Made by a program: the position numbers and the translations under genes. A stretch of 64,000 bases of DNA from Octopus vulgaris (lineage: Eukaryota): the NCBI GenBank assembly GCA_951406725.2, contig CATOCA020000001.1:5146001-5210000 (forward strand), read 5' to 3'. Numbering within the stretch: the stretch's first letter is position 1; every line of letters begins with the position of its first letter. Below, piece after piece: positions 37,255 through 50,056 of this stretch. Below the pieces are notes generated by a model, which was not told the origin of the DNA, did not search any database, and saw only the letters and a program-made list of their open reading frames with translations.

Positions 37255-38570
37255 ATCTTCCTATGCATTTCGGGGAGCATGGTAATCAGGGAGGGCAGTA
37301 AGGTAACCAACAAAATCAGACTCCAAGTGCAAGGAGCATTCCATCAATAGAGGTAAATCCTAATAAATGCCTTGAAAAGATGTTTGACAAGTCGCTGTCA
37401 GTGAGAAGCAAAGTCACCAAAATTGTGAAGCCAGCAGAAGAGTGGCTGATGAGGATTGATAGATCAGGGCTTCCAGGAAAGTTCAGGGCATGGCTCTACC
37501 AACACAGACTGCTCCCAAGACTCATATGGTTGCTGACGCTGTATGATGCTCCAATGACAAGTGTGGAAAGGGTGGAGAGAAAGATAACTAAATACCTCCG
37601 AAGATTGCTAGGAGTTTCCCAAGCTTCACTTCAGTAGGCCTGTCCATAAGATCTGGAAGGCTACAACTTCCCCTGTTGAATTTAATGGAGGAATTTAAAG
37701 TAGCAAAATGTAATGTAATGATGTACAGAGTCTCTAACGACGAGCTTGTCAGACATGCAGGTATTACCACAAGGTGTGGGTAACTAGCACCGCTTTCGCT
37801 CAGGCTGAAGGCATACTGGAGCCACGCGTCATAATTGGAGCTACATGTTGGGGTCACCAGGGACTTGGCTCTTCCTATTTCCAACAATAGAAGAAAGTAG
37901 ACACCAAGGAGAGGCGGGCTATGACCGAGACAGCGGTGCGGTACCCGTTGGAAGATAAAAGGAAATCAAGTGCTGTGGAGTTGGTATCTCTGAGTGCATG
38001 GACTAAATGGGATCTCCCTGAGAGAAAGCTCACATGGACTGACCTGTGGAGGCTGGAACCTTTGCACATCTTCCTGCATGGAGCGGTGTATGACACACTC
38101 CCGATGACAACAAACCTGCACAGATAAGGTTTAAGGGAAGACCAGCTGTGTAGACTTTGTGGGAAAGGGGCACTCTGGCACACATCCTGGCAGGGTGCAG
38201 AATAACACTTTCTCAAGGCAGATACAAATACTTGCTAACACCCTGGAGCAGTAAAGGTGTAAGAAACATCATCACCAAAAGAAGATAACTGCCGCAATTA
38301 AGTTCGTTGAAGAGGGAGAGAAACCAGTAAAGCCAGCAAAAGCAATACATAGCTTGCTGTAAGGGTCTCAACCATGGGATATGAAGGTAGACTTAGGGTA
38401 GAGATTGCAGTTTCCCCAGGTTATCCATACAACCCTGAGGCCTGATGAAGTTCTGATGTCTAAAAAGGCCCAGAAAATTATCATAATTGAACGAACAGTC
38501 ACGCGGGGAGCGGGTTGTAACGAGGCCCATGAACGGAAGTTTGACAGATATAAGAGTTTTCTGCAGGCTC
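37255..38570 (+). mobile_element. Decayed R2-group (Hero/NeSL-like) non-LTR retrotransposon, 3' part with zinc knuckle and restriction-like endonuclease
   Basis: Frameshifted peptides: IDRSGLPGKFRAWLYQHRLLPRLIW; WTKWDLPERKLTWTDLW...VYDTLP..TNLH; CRLCG...TLAHILAGC; TTLRPDEVL...KIIIIE.TV...EAHERKFDRY. Confidence 0.8.
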
Positions 38571-38622
38571 CATTCACTTTGGTGAATAAATAAAACACAT
38601 CCTTACAGGTGTTATTAACTCG

Positions 38623-38629
<7 letters not shown>

Positions 38630-38653
<24 letters not shown>

Positions 38654-38850
38654 ATGCATGTGTATCTATGCAAGTGTGTGTCCCAAACTGCTAATTGAAA
38701 ACCGGTGTTGGTGTATTTGTATCCCTGTTACATAGCCCTGGAGCAAAAGAGAGCTATAGGTTATGCTAATTAGACAGAAAAGGTACCACACATAAAAGAC
38801 AAAATCGATAGGAGCCCGAGCCTGGCCGCAGTCTCATGACTGAAACAAGT
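38630..38850 (+). mobile_element. Degenerate 3' half of a family-A SINE whose tail runs into the polypurine satellite
   Basis: ...CCTGGCCGCAGTCTCATGACTGAAACAAGTA ends at ~38851. Confidence 0.65.
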
Positions 38851-41800
38851 AGGAGAGAGAAAGAAAAAAAAGAGAAAAAAGAAGAGAAGAATAGAAGAAA
38901 GGAAAGGAAAATTGAGAGAGAACTATAGAGAAGACAAAAAGAAACGAAACAGAGAAAGAGAGAGAGAAAAAAAGAGAGAAAAGATAAAGAGAAGGAGATT
39001 GAAAAAGAAAACGAGAGAGAAAAGAAAGGGAGAGAGAAAAAGAAACGAGAGGAAGAAAGAGAGAAATGAAAGAGTGAGAGAGAGGAAGAAGGATAAAAAG
39101 AAAACGAGAGGGAAAAAGAAGGAGAAAAAAGCGAGAGAGCGAGAAAAGAAAGAGAGAGAGAAAAAGAAATGAGAGGAAGAAAGAAAGAAATGAAAGAGTG
39201 AGAAGAAGAATGATCAACAGAAAACGAGAGGGAGGAAGAAGGAGAAAAGAGTGAGAGAGCAAGAAAAGAAAGATAGAGAGAAAAAGAAATGAGAGGAAGA
39301 AAGAAAGAAATGAAAGAGTGAGAGAGAGGAAGAAGGATAATAAGAAAACGAGAGTGAGAAAGAATGAGAAAAAAGCGAGAGAGCAAGAAAAGAAAGAGAG
39401 AGAGAAAGAAACGAGAGGAAGAAAAGAGAAATGAAAGAGTGAGAGAGAGGCTGAAGAATAAAAAGAAAACGAGAGGGAGAAAGAAGGAGAGAAAAGTGAG
39501 AGAGCGAGAAAAGAAAGAGAGAGAAAAAGAAACAAGAGGAAGAAAAAGAGAAATGAAAGAGTGAGAGAGAGGAAGAAGGATAAAAAGAATAGGAGTGGGA
39601 GAAAGAAGGAGAAAAATGACTGAGAGTGAGAAAAGAAAGAAAATGAAAAAGGAAACGACAGGAAGAAAGAGAGAAATGAAAAAGTGAGAGAGAGGAAAAA
39701 AGATAACAAGAAAACGAGAAGGAGAAAGAAGGAAAAAAACGCGAGAGAGAAAGAAAAGAAAGAGAGGGAGAGAAAGAAACGAGAGGAAGAAAAGAGAATT
39801 GAAAGAGTGAGAGAGAGGAAGAATGATAAAAAGAAAACGAGAGGGAGAAAGAAGGAGAAAAAAGTGAGAGAGCGAGAAAAGAAAGAGAGAGAAAAGGAAA
39901 TGAGAGGAGGAAAGAGGGAAATGAAAGAGTGAGAGAGAGGAACAAGGATAAAAAGAAAAAGAGAGGGAGAAAGAAGGAGAAAAAAGCGAGAGAGGAAGAA
40001 AGAAAGAAATGAAAGAAAGAAATGAAAGAATGATAAAAAGCAAACGAGAGGGAGAAAGAATGACAAATAGCGAGAGGGCGAGAAAAGAAAGAGAGAGAGA
40101 AAGAAACGAGAGGAAGAAAAGAGAAATGAAAGAGTGAGTGATAGGAATAAGGATAAAAAGAAAACGAGAGGGAGAAAGAAGGAGAGAGAGAAAAAGAAAT
40201 GAGAGGAAGAAAGAGAGAAATAAATGAGTGAGAGAGAGGAAGAAGGATAAAAAGAAAACAAGAGGGAGAAAGAATGAGAAAAAAGCGAAAGAGTGAGAAA
40301 AGAAAGAGAGAGAAAAAGAAACGAGAGGAAAAGAGGGAGAAATGAAAGTGTGAGAGAGAGGAAGAAGGATAAAAAGAAAACGAGAGGGAGAAAGAATGAG
40401 AAAAAAGCGAGAGAGCGAGAAAGGAAGGAGAGAGAAAAAGAAACGAGAGGGAGAAAGAGAGAAATGAAAGAGTGAGAGAGAGGAAGAAGGATAAAAAGAA
40501 AATGAGAGAGAGAAAGAAGGAGAAAAAAATCCGAAAGAGCGAGAAAAGAAACAGAGAGAGAAAGAAACGAGAGGAAGAAAGAGAGAAATGAAAGAGTGAG
40601 AGAGAGGAAGAAGAATAAAAAGAAAACGAGAGGGAGAAAGAAGGAGAAAAAAGTGAGAGAGAGCGACAAAAAAAGAGAGAGAAAAAGAAACGAGAAGAAG
40701 AGAGAGAGAAATGAAAGAGTGAGAGAGAGGAAGAAGGATAAAAAGAAAACAAGAGGGAGAAAGAAAGAGAAAAAAGCGAGAGAGCGAGAAAGGAAGGAGA
40801 GAGAAAAAGAAACGAGGGGGAGAAAGAGAAAAATGAAAGTGTGAGAGAGAGGATGAAGGATAAAAAGAAAACGAGAGGGAGAAAGAAGGAGAATAAAGTG
40901 AGAGTGAAAAAGAAACAAGAGGAAGAAAGAGAGAAATGAAAGAGTGAGAGAGAGGAAGAAGGATAAAAAGAAAACGAGAGAGAGAAAGAAGGAGATAAAA
41001 GCGAGAGGGCAAGAAAAGAAAGAGAGAGAGACAGAAATGAGAGGAAGAAAAAGAGAAATGAAAGAGTGAGAGAGAGGAAGAAGAATAAAAAGAAAACGAG
41101 AGGGAGAAAGAAGGAGAAAAAAGTGAGAGAGAGCGAGAAAAGAAAGAGAGAGAAAAAGAAACGAGAGGAAGAGAGAGAGAAATGAAAGAGTGAAAGAGAG
41201 GAAGAAGGATAAAAAGAAAACGAGAGGGAGAAAGAATGAGAAAAAAGCGAGAGAGTGAGAAAAGAAAGAGAGAGAAAAGAAAACGAGAGGAAAAGAGAGA
41301 GAAATGAGAGAGTGAGAGAGAAGAAGACGGATAATAAGAAAACGAGAGGGAGAAAGAAGGAGAAAAAAGCGAGAGAGCGAGAAAAGAAAGAGAGAGAAGA
41401 AGAAATGAGAGGAAGAAAGAGAGAAATGAAAGAGTGAGAGAGAGGAAGAAGGATAAAAAGAAAAAGAAAGGGAGAAAGAAGGAGAAAAAAGAGAGAGAGT
41501 GAGAAAAGAAAGAGAGAGAAAAAGAAACGAGAGGAAGAAAGAGAGAAATGAAAGAGTGAGAGGGAGGAAGAAGGATAAAAAGAAAATGAGAAGAAGGAAG
41601 AGAGAAAAGAAAGAGAGAGAGAGAAAGAAACGAGAAAAAGAAAGAGTAAAATGAAAGAGAAAGAAGGATAAAAAGAAAACGAGAGGGAGAAAGAAGGAGA
41701 AAATAGTGAGTGAGCGAGAAAAGGAGAGAGGGAGAAAGAAACGAGAGGAAGAAAGAGACTAATGAAAGAGTGAGAGTGAGGAAGAAGGATAAAAATAAAA

Positions 41801-44800
41801 CGAGAGGGAGAAAGAAGGAGAAAAAAGCGAGAGAGCGAGAAAGAAACGAGAGGAAGAAAGAGAGAAATGAAATAGTGAGAGAGAGGAAGAAGGATAAAAA
41901 GAAAATGAGTGGGAGAAACGAGAAAAAAGCGAGAGGGCGAGAAAAGAAAGAGAGAGAGAAAGAAACGAGAGGAAGAGAGAGAGAAATGAAAGAGTGAGAG
42001 AGAGGCAGAAGGATAAAAAGAAAATGAGAGGGAGAACGAAGGAGAAAAAAGTGAGAGAGCGAGAAAGGAAGCACAGAGAAAGAAACGAGAGGAAGAAAGA
42101 GAGAAATGAATGAGTGAGAGAGAGGAAGAAGGATAAAAAGAAAACGAGAGGGAGAAAGAATGAGAAAAAAGTGAGAGAGTGAGAAAAGAAAGAGAGAGAA
42201 AAAGAAACGAGAGGAAGAAGAAGAGAAATGAAAGAGTGAGAGAGAGGAAGAAGGATAAAAAGAAAACGAGAGGGAGAAAGAAGGAGAAAAAAGCGAAAGA
42301 GCGAGAAAAGAAAGAGAGAAAGAGAAAGAAACGAGAGGAAGAAAGAGAGAAATGAAAGAGTGAGAGAGAAGAAGAAGGATAAAAAGAAAACGAGATAGAG
42401 AAAGAAAGCGAAAAAAGTGATAGATCGAGAAAGGAAGGAGAGAGAAAGAAACGAGAGTGAGAAAGAGAGAAATGAAAGAGTGAGAGTGAGGAAGAAGGAT
42501 AAAAAGAAAACGAGAGTGAGAAAGAAGGAGAAAAAAACGAGAGAGCGAGAAAAGAAAGAGAGAGAAAAAGAAACGGGAGGAAGAAAGAGAGAAATGAAAG
42601 CATGAGAGTGAGGTAGAAGGATAAAAAGAAAACGAGAGGGAGAAGGAAGGAGAAAAAAGTGAGAGAGTGAGAAAAGAAACGAAAGGAAGTAAGAGATAAA
42701 TGAAAGAGTGAGAGAGAGGAAGAAGGATAAAAAGAAAACGAGAGGGAGAAAGAAGGAGAAAAAAGTGAGAGACCGAGAAAGGAAGCACAGGGAGAGAGGG
42801 AGAAAGAAAGAGAGTGAGAAAAGAAACGAGAGGTAGAAGAAGAGAAATGAAAGAGTGAGGGAGAGGAAGAAAGATAAAAAGAAAACGACAGGGAGAAAGA
42901 AGGAGAAAAAGTGAGAGACCGAGAAAGGAAGCACAGGGAAAGAAACGAGAGGAAGAAAGAGAGAAATGAAAGAGTGAGAGAGAGGAAGAGGGATAAAAAG
43001 AAAAAGAGAGGGAGAAAGAAAAAAATGAGAAAAGAAAGAGAGAGAAAAAGAAACGAGAGGAAGAAAGAGAGAAATGAAAGAGTGAGGGATAGGATGAAGG
43101 ATAAAAAGAAAACGAGAGGGAGAAAGAAAGAGAAAAAGCGAGAGAGCGAGAAAAGAAAGAGAGAGAGAAAGAAATGAGTGGAAAAAAGAGAAGAAATGAA
43201 AGAGTGAGAGAGAGGAAGAAGGATAAAAAGAAAACGAGAGGGAGAAAGAATGAGAAAAAAGCGAGAAAAGAAAGAGAGAGAAAAAGAAATGAGAGGAAGA
43301 AAGAGAGAAATGAAAGAGTGAGAGAGGAAGAAGGATAAAAAGAAAACGAGAGGGAGAAAGAAAGAGAAAAAGCGAGAGAGCAAGAAAAGAAAGAGAGAGA
43401 GAAAGAAATGAGTGGAAGAAAGAGAGAAATGAAAGAGTGAGAGAGAGGAAGAAGGATAAAAAGAAAACGAGAGGGAGAAAGAATGAGAAAAAAGCGAGAA
43501 AAGAAAGAGATTGAAAAAGAAACGAGAGGAAGAAAGAGAGAAATGAAAGAGTGAGAGAGAGGAAGAAGGATAAAAAGAAAACGAGAGGGAGAAAGAAAGA
43601 GAAAATGCGAGAGAGCGAGAAAAGAAAGAGAGAGTGAAAGAAATGAGTGGAAGAAAGAGAGAAATGAAAGAGTGAGAGAGAGGAAGAAGGATAAAAAGAA
43701 AACGAGAGGGAGAAAGAAGGTGATAAAAGCGAGAAAAGAAAGAGAGAGAAAAAGAAACGAGAGGATGAAAGAGAGAAATGTAAGAGTGAGAGAGAGGAAG
43801 AAGAATAAAAAGAAAACCAGAGGGAGAAAGAAAGAGAAAAAAGTGAGTGAGCGAGAAAAGAACGAGAGAGAGAGAAAGAAACGAGAGGAAGAAGAAGAGA
43901 AATGAAAGAGTGAGGGAGAGGAAGAAGGATAAAAAGAAAACGAGAGGGAGAAAGAAGGAGAAAAAAGTGAGAGACCGAGAAAGGAAGCACAGGGAAAGAA
44001 ACGAGAGGAAGAAAGAGAGAAATGAAAGAGTGAGAGAGAGGAAGAAGGATAAAAAGAAAACGAGAGGGAGAAAGAATGAGAAAAAAGCGAGAAAAGAAAG
44101 AGAGAGAAAAAGAAACGAGAGGAAGAAAGAGAGAAATGAAAGAGTGAGAGAGAAGAAGAAGGATAAAAAGAAAACGAGATAGAGAAAGAAAGCGAAAAAA
44201 GTGATAGATCGAGAAAGGAAGGAGAGAGAAAGAAACGAGAGTGAGAAAGAGAGAAATGAAAGAGTGAGAGTGAGGAAGAAGGATAAAAAGAAAACGAGAG
44301 TGAGAAAGAAGGAGAAAAAAACGAGAGAGCGAGAAAAGAAAGAGAGAGAAAAAGAAACGGGAGGAAGAAAGAGAGAAATGAAAGCATGAGAGTGAGGTAG
44401 AAGGATAAAAAGAAAACGAGAGGGAGAAGGAAGGAGAAAAAGTGAGAGAGTGAGAAAAGAAACGAAAGGAAGTAAGAGATAAATGAAAGAGTGAGAGAGA
44501 GGAAGAAGGATAAAAAGAAAACGAGAGGGAGAAAGAAGGAGAAAAAAGTGAGAGACCGAGAAAGGAAGCACAGGGAGAGAGGGAGAAAAGAAAGAGAGTG
44601 AGAAAAGAAACGAGAGGTAGAAGAAGAGAAATGAAAGAGTGAGGGAGAGGAAGAACGATAAAAAGAAAACGACAGGGAGAAAGAAGGAGAAAAAAGTGAG
44701 AGACCGAGAAAGGAAGCACAGGGAAAGAAACGAGAGGAAGAAAGAGAGAAATGAAAGAGTGAGAGAGAGGAAGAGGGATAAAAAGAAAAAAGAGAGGGAG

Positions 44801-47800
44801 AAAGAATGAGAAAAAAGCGAGAAAAGAAAGAGAGAGAAAAAGAAACGAGAGGAAGAAAGAGAGAAATGAAAGAGTGAGGGATAGGATGAAGGATAAAAAG
44901 AAAACGAGAGGGAGAAAGAAAGAGAAAAAGCGAGAGAGCGAGAAAAGAAAGAGAGAGAGAAAGAAATGAGTGGAAAAAAGAGAGAAATGAAAGAGTGAGA
45001 GAGAGGAAGAAGGATAAAAAGAAAACGAGAGGGAGAAAGAATGAGAAAAAAGCGAGAAAAGAAAGAGAGAGAAAAAGAAATGAGAGGAAGAAAGAGAGAA
45101 ATGAAAGAGTGAGAGAGGAAGAAGGATAAAAAGAAAACGAGAGGGAGAAAGAAAGAGAAAAAGCGAGAGAGCAAGAAAAGAAAGAGAGAGAGAAAGAAAT
45201 GAGTGGAAGAAAGAGAGAAATGAAAGAGTGAGAGAGAGGAAGAAGGATAAAAAGAAAACGAGAGGGAGAAAGAATGAGAAAAAAGCGAGAAAAGAAAGAG
45301 ATTGAAAAAGAAACGAGAGGAAGAAAGAGAGAAATGAAAGAGTGAGAGAGAGGAAGAAGGATAAAAAGAAAACGAGAGGGAGAAAGAAAGAGAAAATGCG
45401 AGAGAGCGAGAAAAGAAAGAGAGAGTGAAAGAAATGAGTGGAAGAAAGAGAGAAATGAAAGAGTGAGAGAGAGGAAGAAGGATAAAAAGAAAACGAGAGG
45501 GAGAAAGAAGGTGATAAAAGCGAGAAAAGAAAGAGAGAGAAAAAGAAACGAGAGGATGAAAGAGAGAAATGTAAGAGTGAGAGAGAGGAAGAAGAATAAA
45601 AAGAAAACCAGAGGGAGAAAGAAAGAGAAAAAAGTGAGTGAGCGAGAAAAGAACGAGAGAGAGAGAAAGAAACGAGAGGAAGAAGAAGAGAAATGAAAGA
45701 GTGAGGGAGAGGAAGAAGGATAAAAAGAAAACGAGAGGGAGAAAGAAGGAGAAAAAAGTGAGAGACCGAGAAAGGAAGCACAGGGAAAGAAACGAGAGGA
45801 AGAAAGAGAGAAATGAAAGAGTGAGAGAGAGGAAGAAGGATAAAAAGAAAACGAGAGGGAGAAAGAATGAGAAAAAAGCGAGAAAAGAAAGAGAGAGAAA
45901 AAGAAACGAGAGGAAGAAAGAGAGAAATGAAAGAGTGAGAGAGAGGAAGAAGTATAAAAAGAAAACGAGAGGGAAAAAGAAAGAGAAAAAGCGAGAGAGC
46001 GAGAAAAGAAAGAGAGAGAGAAAGAAATGAGTGGAAGAAAGAGAGAAATGAAAGAGTGAGAGAGAGGAAGAAGGATAGAAAGAAAACGAGATAGAGAAAG
46101 AATGAGAAAAAAGCGAGAAAAGAAAGAGAGAGAAAAAGAAACGAGAGGAAGAAAGAGAGAAATGAAAGAGTGAGAGAGAGAGGAAGAAGGATAAAAAGAA
46201 AACGAGAGGAAGAAAGAAAGAGAAAAAGCGAGAGAGCGAGAAAAGAAAGAGAGAGAGAAAGAAATGAGTGGAAGAAAGAGAGAAATGAAAGAGTGAGAGA
46301 GACGAAGAAGGATAAAAAGAAAACGAGAGGGAGAAAGAATGAGAAAAAAGCGAGAAAAGAAAGAGAGAGAAAAAGAAACGAGAGGAAGAAAGAGAGAAAT
46401 GAAAGAGTGAGAGAGAGGAAGAAGGATAAAAAGAAAACGAGAGGGAGAAAGAAAGAGAAAAAGCGAGAGAGCGAGAAAAGAAAGAGAGAGAGAAAGAAAT
46501 GAGTGGAAGAAAGAGAGAAATGAAAGAGTGAGAGAGAGGAAGAAGGATAAAAAGAAAACGAGAGGGAGAAAGAAGGTGATAAAAGCGAGAAAAGAAAGAG
46601 AGAGAAAAAGAAACGAGAGGATGAAAGAGAGAAATGAAAGAGTGAGAGAGAGGAAGAAGAATAAAAAGAAAACGAGAGGGAGAAAGAAGGAGAAAAAAGT
46701 GAGTGAGCGAGAAAAGAACGAGAGAGAGAGAAAGAAACGAGAGGAAGAAGAAGAGAAATGAAAGAGTGAGGGAGAGGAAGAAGGATAAAAAGAAAACGAG
46801 AGGGAGAAAGAAGGTGATAAAAGCGAGAAAAGAAAGAGAGAGAAAAAGAAACGAGAGGGAGAATGAGAGAAATGAAAGAGTGAGAGAGAGAAAGAAGGAT
46901 AAAAAGAAAACGAGAGGGAGAAAGAAGGAGAAAAGAAAGAGAGAGAGGAAAAGAAACAAGAGAAAAAAGAAAGAAATGAAAGAGTGAGAGAGAGGAAGAA
47001 GGATAAAAAGAAAACAAGAAAGAGAAAGGAGTTAAAAGTGAGAGAGCGAGAAAGGAAAGAGAGAGAGAGAAAGAAACAAGAGAAAAAGGAGAGAAATGAA
47101 AGAGTGAGAGAGAGGAAGAAGGATAAAAAGAAAACGAGAGGGAGAAAGAAGGCGAAAAATTTGAGAGAGCGAGAAAAAAAAGAGAGAGAAAAAGAAAGGA
47201 GAGGAAGAAAGAGAGAAATAAAAGAGTGAGAGAGAGGAAGAAGGATAAAAAGAAAACGAGTGGGAGAAGGAAGGAGAAAAAAGCGAGAGAGCGAGAAAAG
47301 AAAGAGAGAGAGAGAAAGAAACGAGAGGAAGAAAGAGAGAAATGAAAGAGTGAGAGAGAAGAAGAAGGATAAAAATAAAACAAGAAAGAGAAAGAAGGAG
47401 TTAAAAGTGAGAGAGCGAGAAAGGAAAGAGAGAGAGAGAGAGAAATGAAAGAGTGAGAGAGAGGAAGAAGGATAAAAAGAAACGAGAGGAAGAAAGAGAA
47501 GACGAAAGGGAGAGAGATAAAGAAAAAGAAAGAGAGAAAGACAATGAGGAAATGAGAGAGAAAGAGAGAACAGACAAAGAAAAGTAGCGAAAGAGAGAAA
47601 AGAAAGTGATAGAGAGAGATAGGGAGAAAGAAAACAGAGAAAGAATGAGAGAAAACGAAAAGATAAAGAGAGATAGGGAGAAGGGAAGCCAGGAAATGAA
47701 AAGAGAGAGAAAAGAAGCAGAGAGGGAGAGAGCGAGAATAGAAAAAGAGAAAGGGGGAGAGGAAGAGAGAGAGAGGAAGAAAGAGGAAAAACAAACACTG

Positions 47801-49651
47801 AAAGAGAGAGAAATGAGAAAGAGAGGGATAAAAGATTCGTAAAAGGGATAAAGAGAATGAGTGAAAAGAAAGAGGGAGATAGAGAGAAAAGAAAGGGAGA
47901 AGGCAAGAGAGGAGAGAAAAAAAAGTAAGTCCCTTAAAGGGAGAAAAGGAAAAGAGGGAAAGAAGAGAAAAAGGAAATGACAAAGAGACAGAAAGAAAGA
48001 GAGGGAGAGGGAGGAAGAGAGAAAAGGAAAGTGAGAGAGAGAGAGAGAGAGAAGAGAAAATATTGCCAGTGAAAGAGGAAGAGAGGAAAGAAAGAGAGAG
48101 ATAAAAGGAAGCGAGTAAGGGAGAGAGAAAGAGAGAGGGAGAGGGATAAGAAAAGGAGAGAGATAAAGAAGACAGAATAGAAAAGGAGAGGGGGAGAAAG
48201 AAGGAGGGAAAAGGGGGAAAAGAATGTGAGAGATAAAAATAGGAGAGAGAGACAAAGAAAGAGAAATGGAAAAAGAGAGAAAGAGAAAGAAAAATGAGAA
48301 AGAGTAAAAAAGAGAGAAAGAAAGAAAAGTGAAATGGTAAAAGGGAGAAAAGAATGAGAGAGAGGGTAAAAGAGGAAAAAGAGAGAGGGTGAAAGAAAGA
48401 GAGAGAAGAAAAAGGGAAAGAGAAAGAATGTAAGAATAGAAAGAGAAAGAGACATGGAGAGAGAAAGAGAAAGAAAGACAGAGAAGGAGGAAGAAAGAGA
48501 GAGAAAGTGAGAAAAGAAAGAGAAGGAAAGATATGAAAGAGGGAGATAGAGAGAGAAAGAATGAGAGAAAGAGGAAAGAAAACGAGAAAGAGAGTGAGAG
48601 ACAAATAGAGAACAGAGAGAGAGAGAGAGAGTAAAAGAGACACGGAGAGAGGAGAAAGAAAGAGAGAGAGAAAAAGGGGAAAGAGAGAGAAAGTGAGAAA
48701 AGAAAGAGAAGTATAGGAATGAAAGAGGAAGATAGAGAGAGAAAGAAGGAGAGAAAGAGAGTGAGAGACAAAGAGAGAAAAGAGAGAGAGTAAATGAGAC
48801 ACGGAGAGAGGAGAAAGAAAGAAAGAGAGAGAGAAAAAGGGTAAAGAGAGAGAAAGTGAGAAAAGAAAGAGAAGTATAGGAATGGAAGAGAGAGATAGAG
48901 AGAGAAAGAAGGAGAGAAAGAGGAAAGAAAACGAGAAAGAGAGTGAGAGACAAAGAGAGAAGAGAGAGAGAGTAAAAGAGACACGCAGAGAGGAGAAAGA
49001 AAGAGAGAGAGAGGAGAAAGAAAGAGAGTGAGAAAAAGGGGAAAGAGAGAGAAAGTGAGAAAAGAAAGAGAAGGATAGAAATGAAAGAGGGAGATAGAGA
49101 GAGAAAGAAGGAGAGAAAGAGGAAAGAAAACGAGAAAGAGAGTGAGAGACAAAGAGAGAAAAGAGAGAGAGTAAAAGAGACACGCAGAGAGGAGAAAGAA
49201 AGAGAGAGAGGAGAAAGAAAGAGAGAGAGAAAAAGGGGAAAGAGAGAGAAAGTGAGAAAAGAAAGAGAAGGATAGAAATGAAAGAGGGAGATAGAGAGAG
49301 AAAGAAGGAGAGAAAGAGGAAAGAAAACGAGAAAGAGAGTGAGAGACAAAGAGAGAAAAGAGAGAGAGAGAGAGAGTAAAAGAGACACGGAGAGACGATA
49401 AAGAAAGAGAGAGAGAAAAAGGGGAAAGAGAGTGAGAGACAAAGAGAGAAAAGAGAGAGAGAGTAAAAGAGACACGGAGAGAGGAGAAAGAAAGAGAGAG
49501 AGAAAAGGAGAAAGAGAGAGAAAGTGAGAAAAGAAAGAGAAGGATAGGAATGGAAGAGGGAGATAGAGAGAGAAAGAAGGAGAGAAAGAGGAAAGAAAAC
49601 GAGAAAGAGAGTGAGAGACAAAGAGAGAAAAGAGAGAGAGAGAGAGAGAAA
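38851..49651 (+). repeat. ~10.8 kb polypurine (GA-rich) satellite: ~110-125 bp monomer to ~47500, a ~1.79 kb higher-order duplication, and a different monomer at 48480-49650
   Basis: Recurrent GAGAAATGAAAGAGTGAGAGAGAGGAAGAAGGATAAAAAGAAAACGAGAGGGAGAAAGAA. Identical or near-identical ORFs at 42417/44201, 43672/45463 and 43847/45638. Confidence 0.95.
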
Positions 49652-49695
49652 ATGGAATTTCTCTATTTCACATGTCCTCACTTTCTTCATTACAG

Positions 49696-49853
49696 ATTAA
49701 TAAACCTATTGATGAATATGGACGAACTCCTTTAATGATTGCCTCTCTAGTGGGCGCCGATAGAAGAATCATCGACATTTTGATAAAAGCTGGTCCGGAG
49801 TTAGAAGCGAAAGACGTATGGGGTCGTACAGCTTTGCATTTGGCTGTGTGGAG
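49696..49853 (+). CDS. Ankyrin-repeat protein exon (INKPIDEYGRTPLMIASLVGADRRIIDILIKAGPELEAKDVWGRTALHLAVW)
   Basis: TTACAG acceptor, GTAAGT donor at 49854; GRTPL and GRTALHLA ankyrin motifs; ends in phase 2. Confidence 0.92.
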
Positions 49854-50056
49854 GTAAGTTGAGAATCAAGTAAAATCTGCAGATGTGTTTTTGTTTGTAA
49901 ATTTGTTGCAATTGCAGACACAGGTTCAATATCCAAACAAGCCAGAGTTGTGGGACAACAGCACAACAGCAGACTAGCAAACAACAACAACAACAACAAG
50001 CTTCTCTTTAGTCATCGATCCAAGTCATTAGTCATTATTCAATCATAACAATCCCC

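Noticed and set aside
38766-49690. Giant minus-strand ORFs (3046, 2581, 2643 aa; F/L/S-rich) and plus-strand R/E/K ORFs
   Set aside because: A polypyrimidine strand almost cannot contain stop codons; all three frames are open. This is a satellite artefact.
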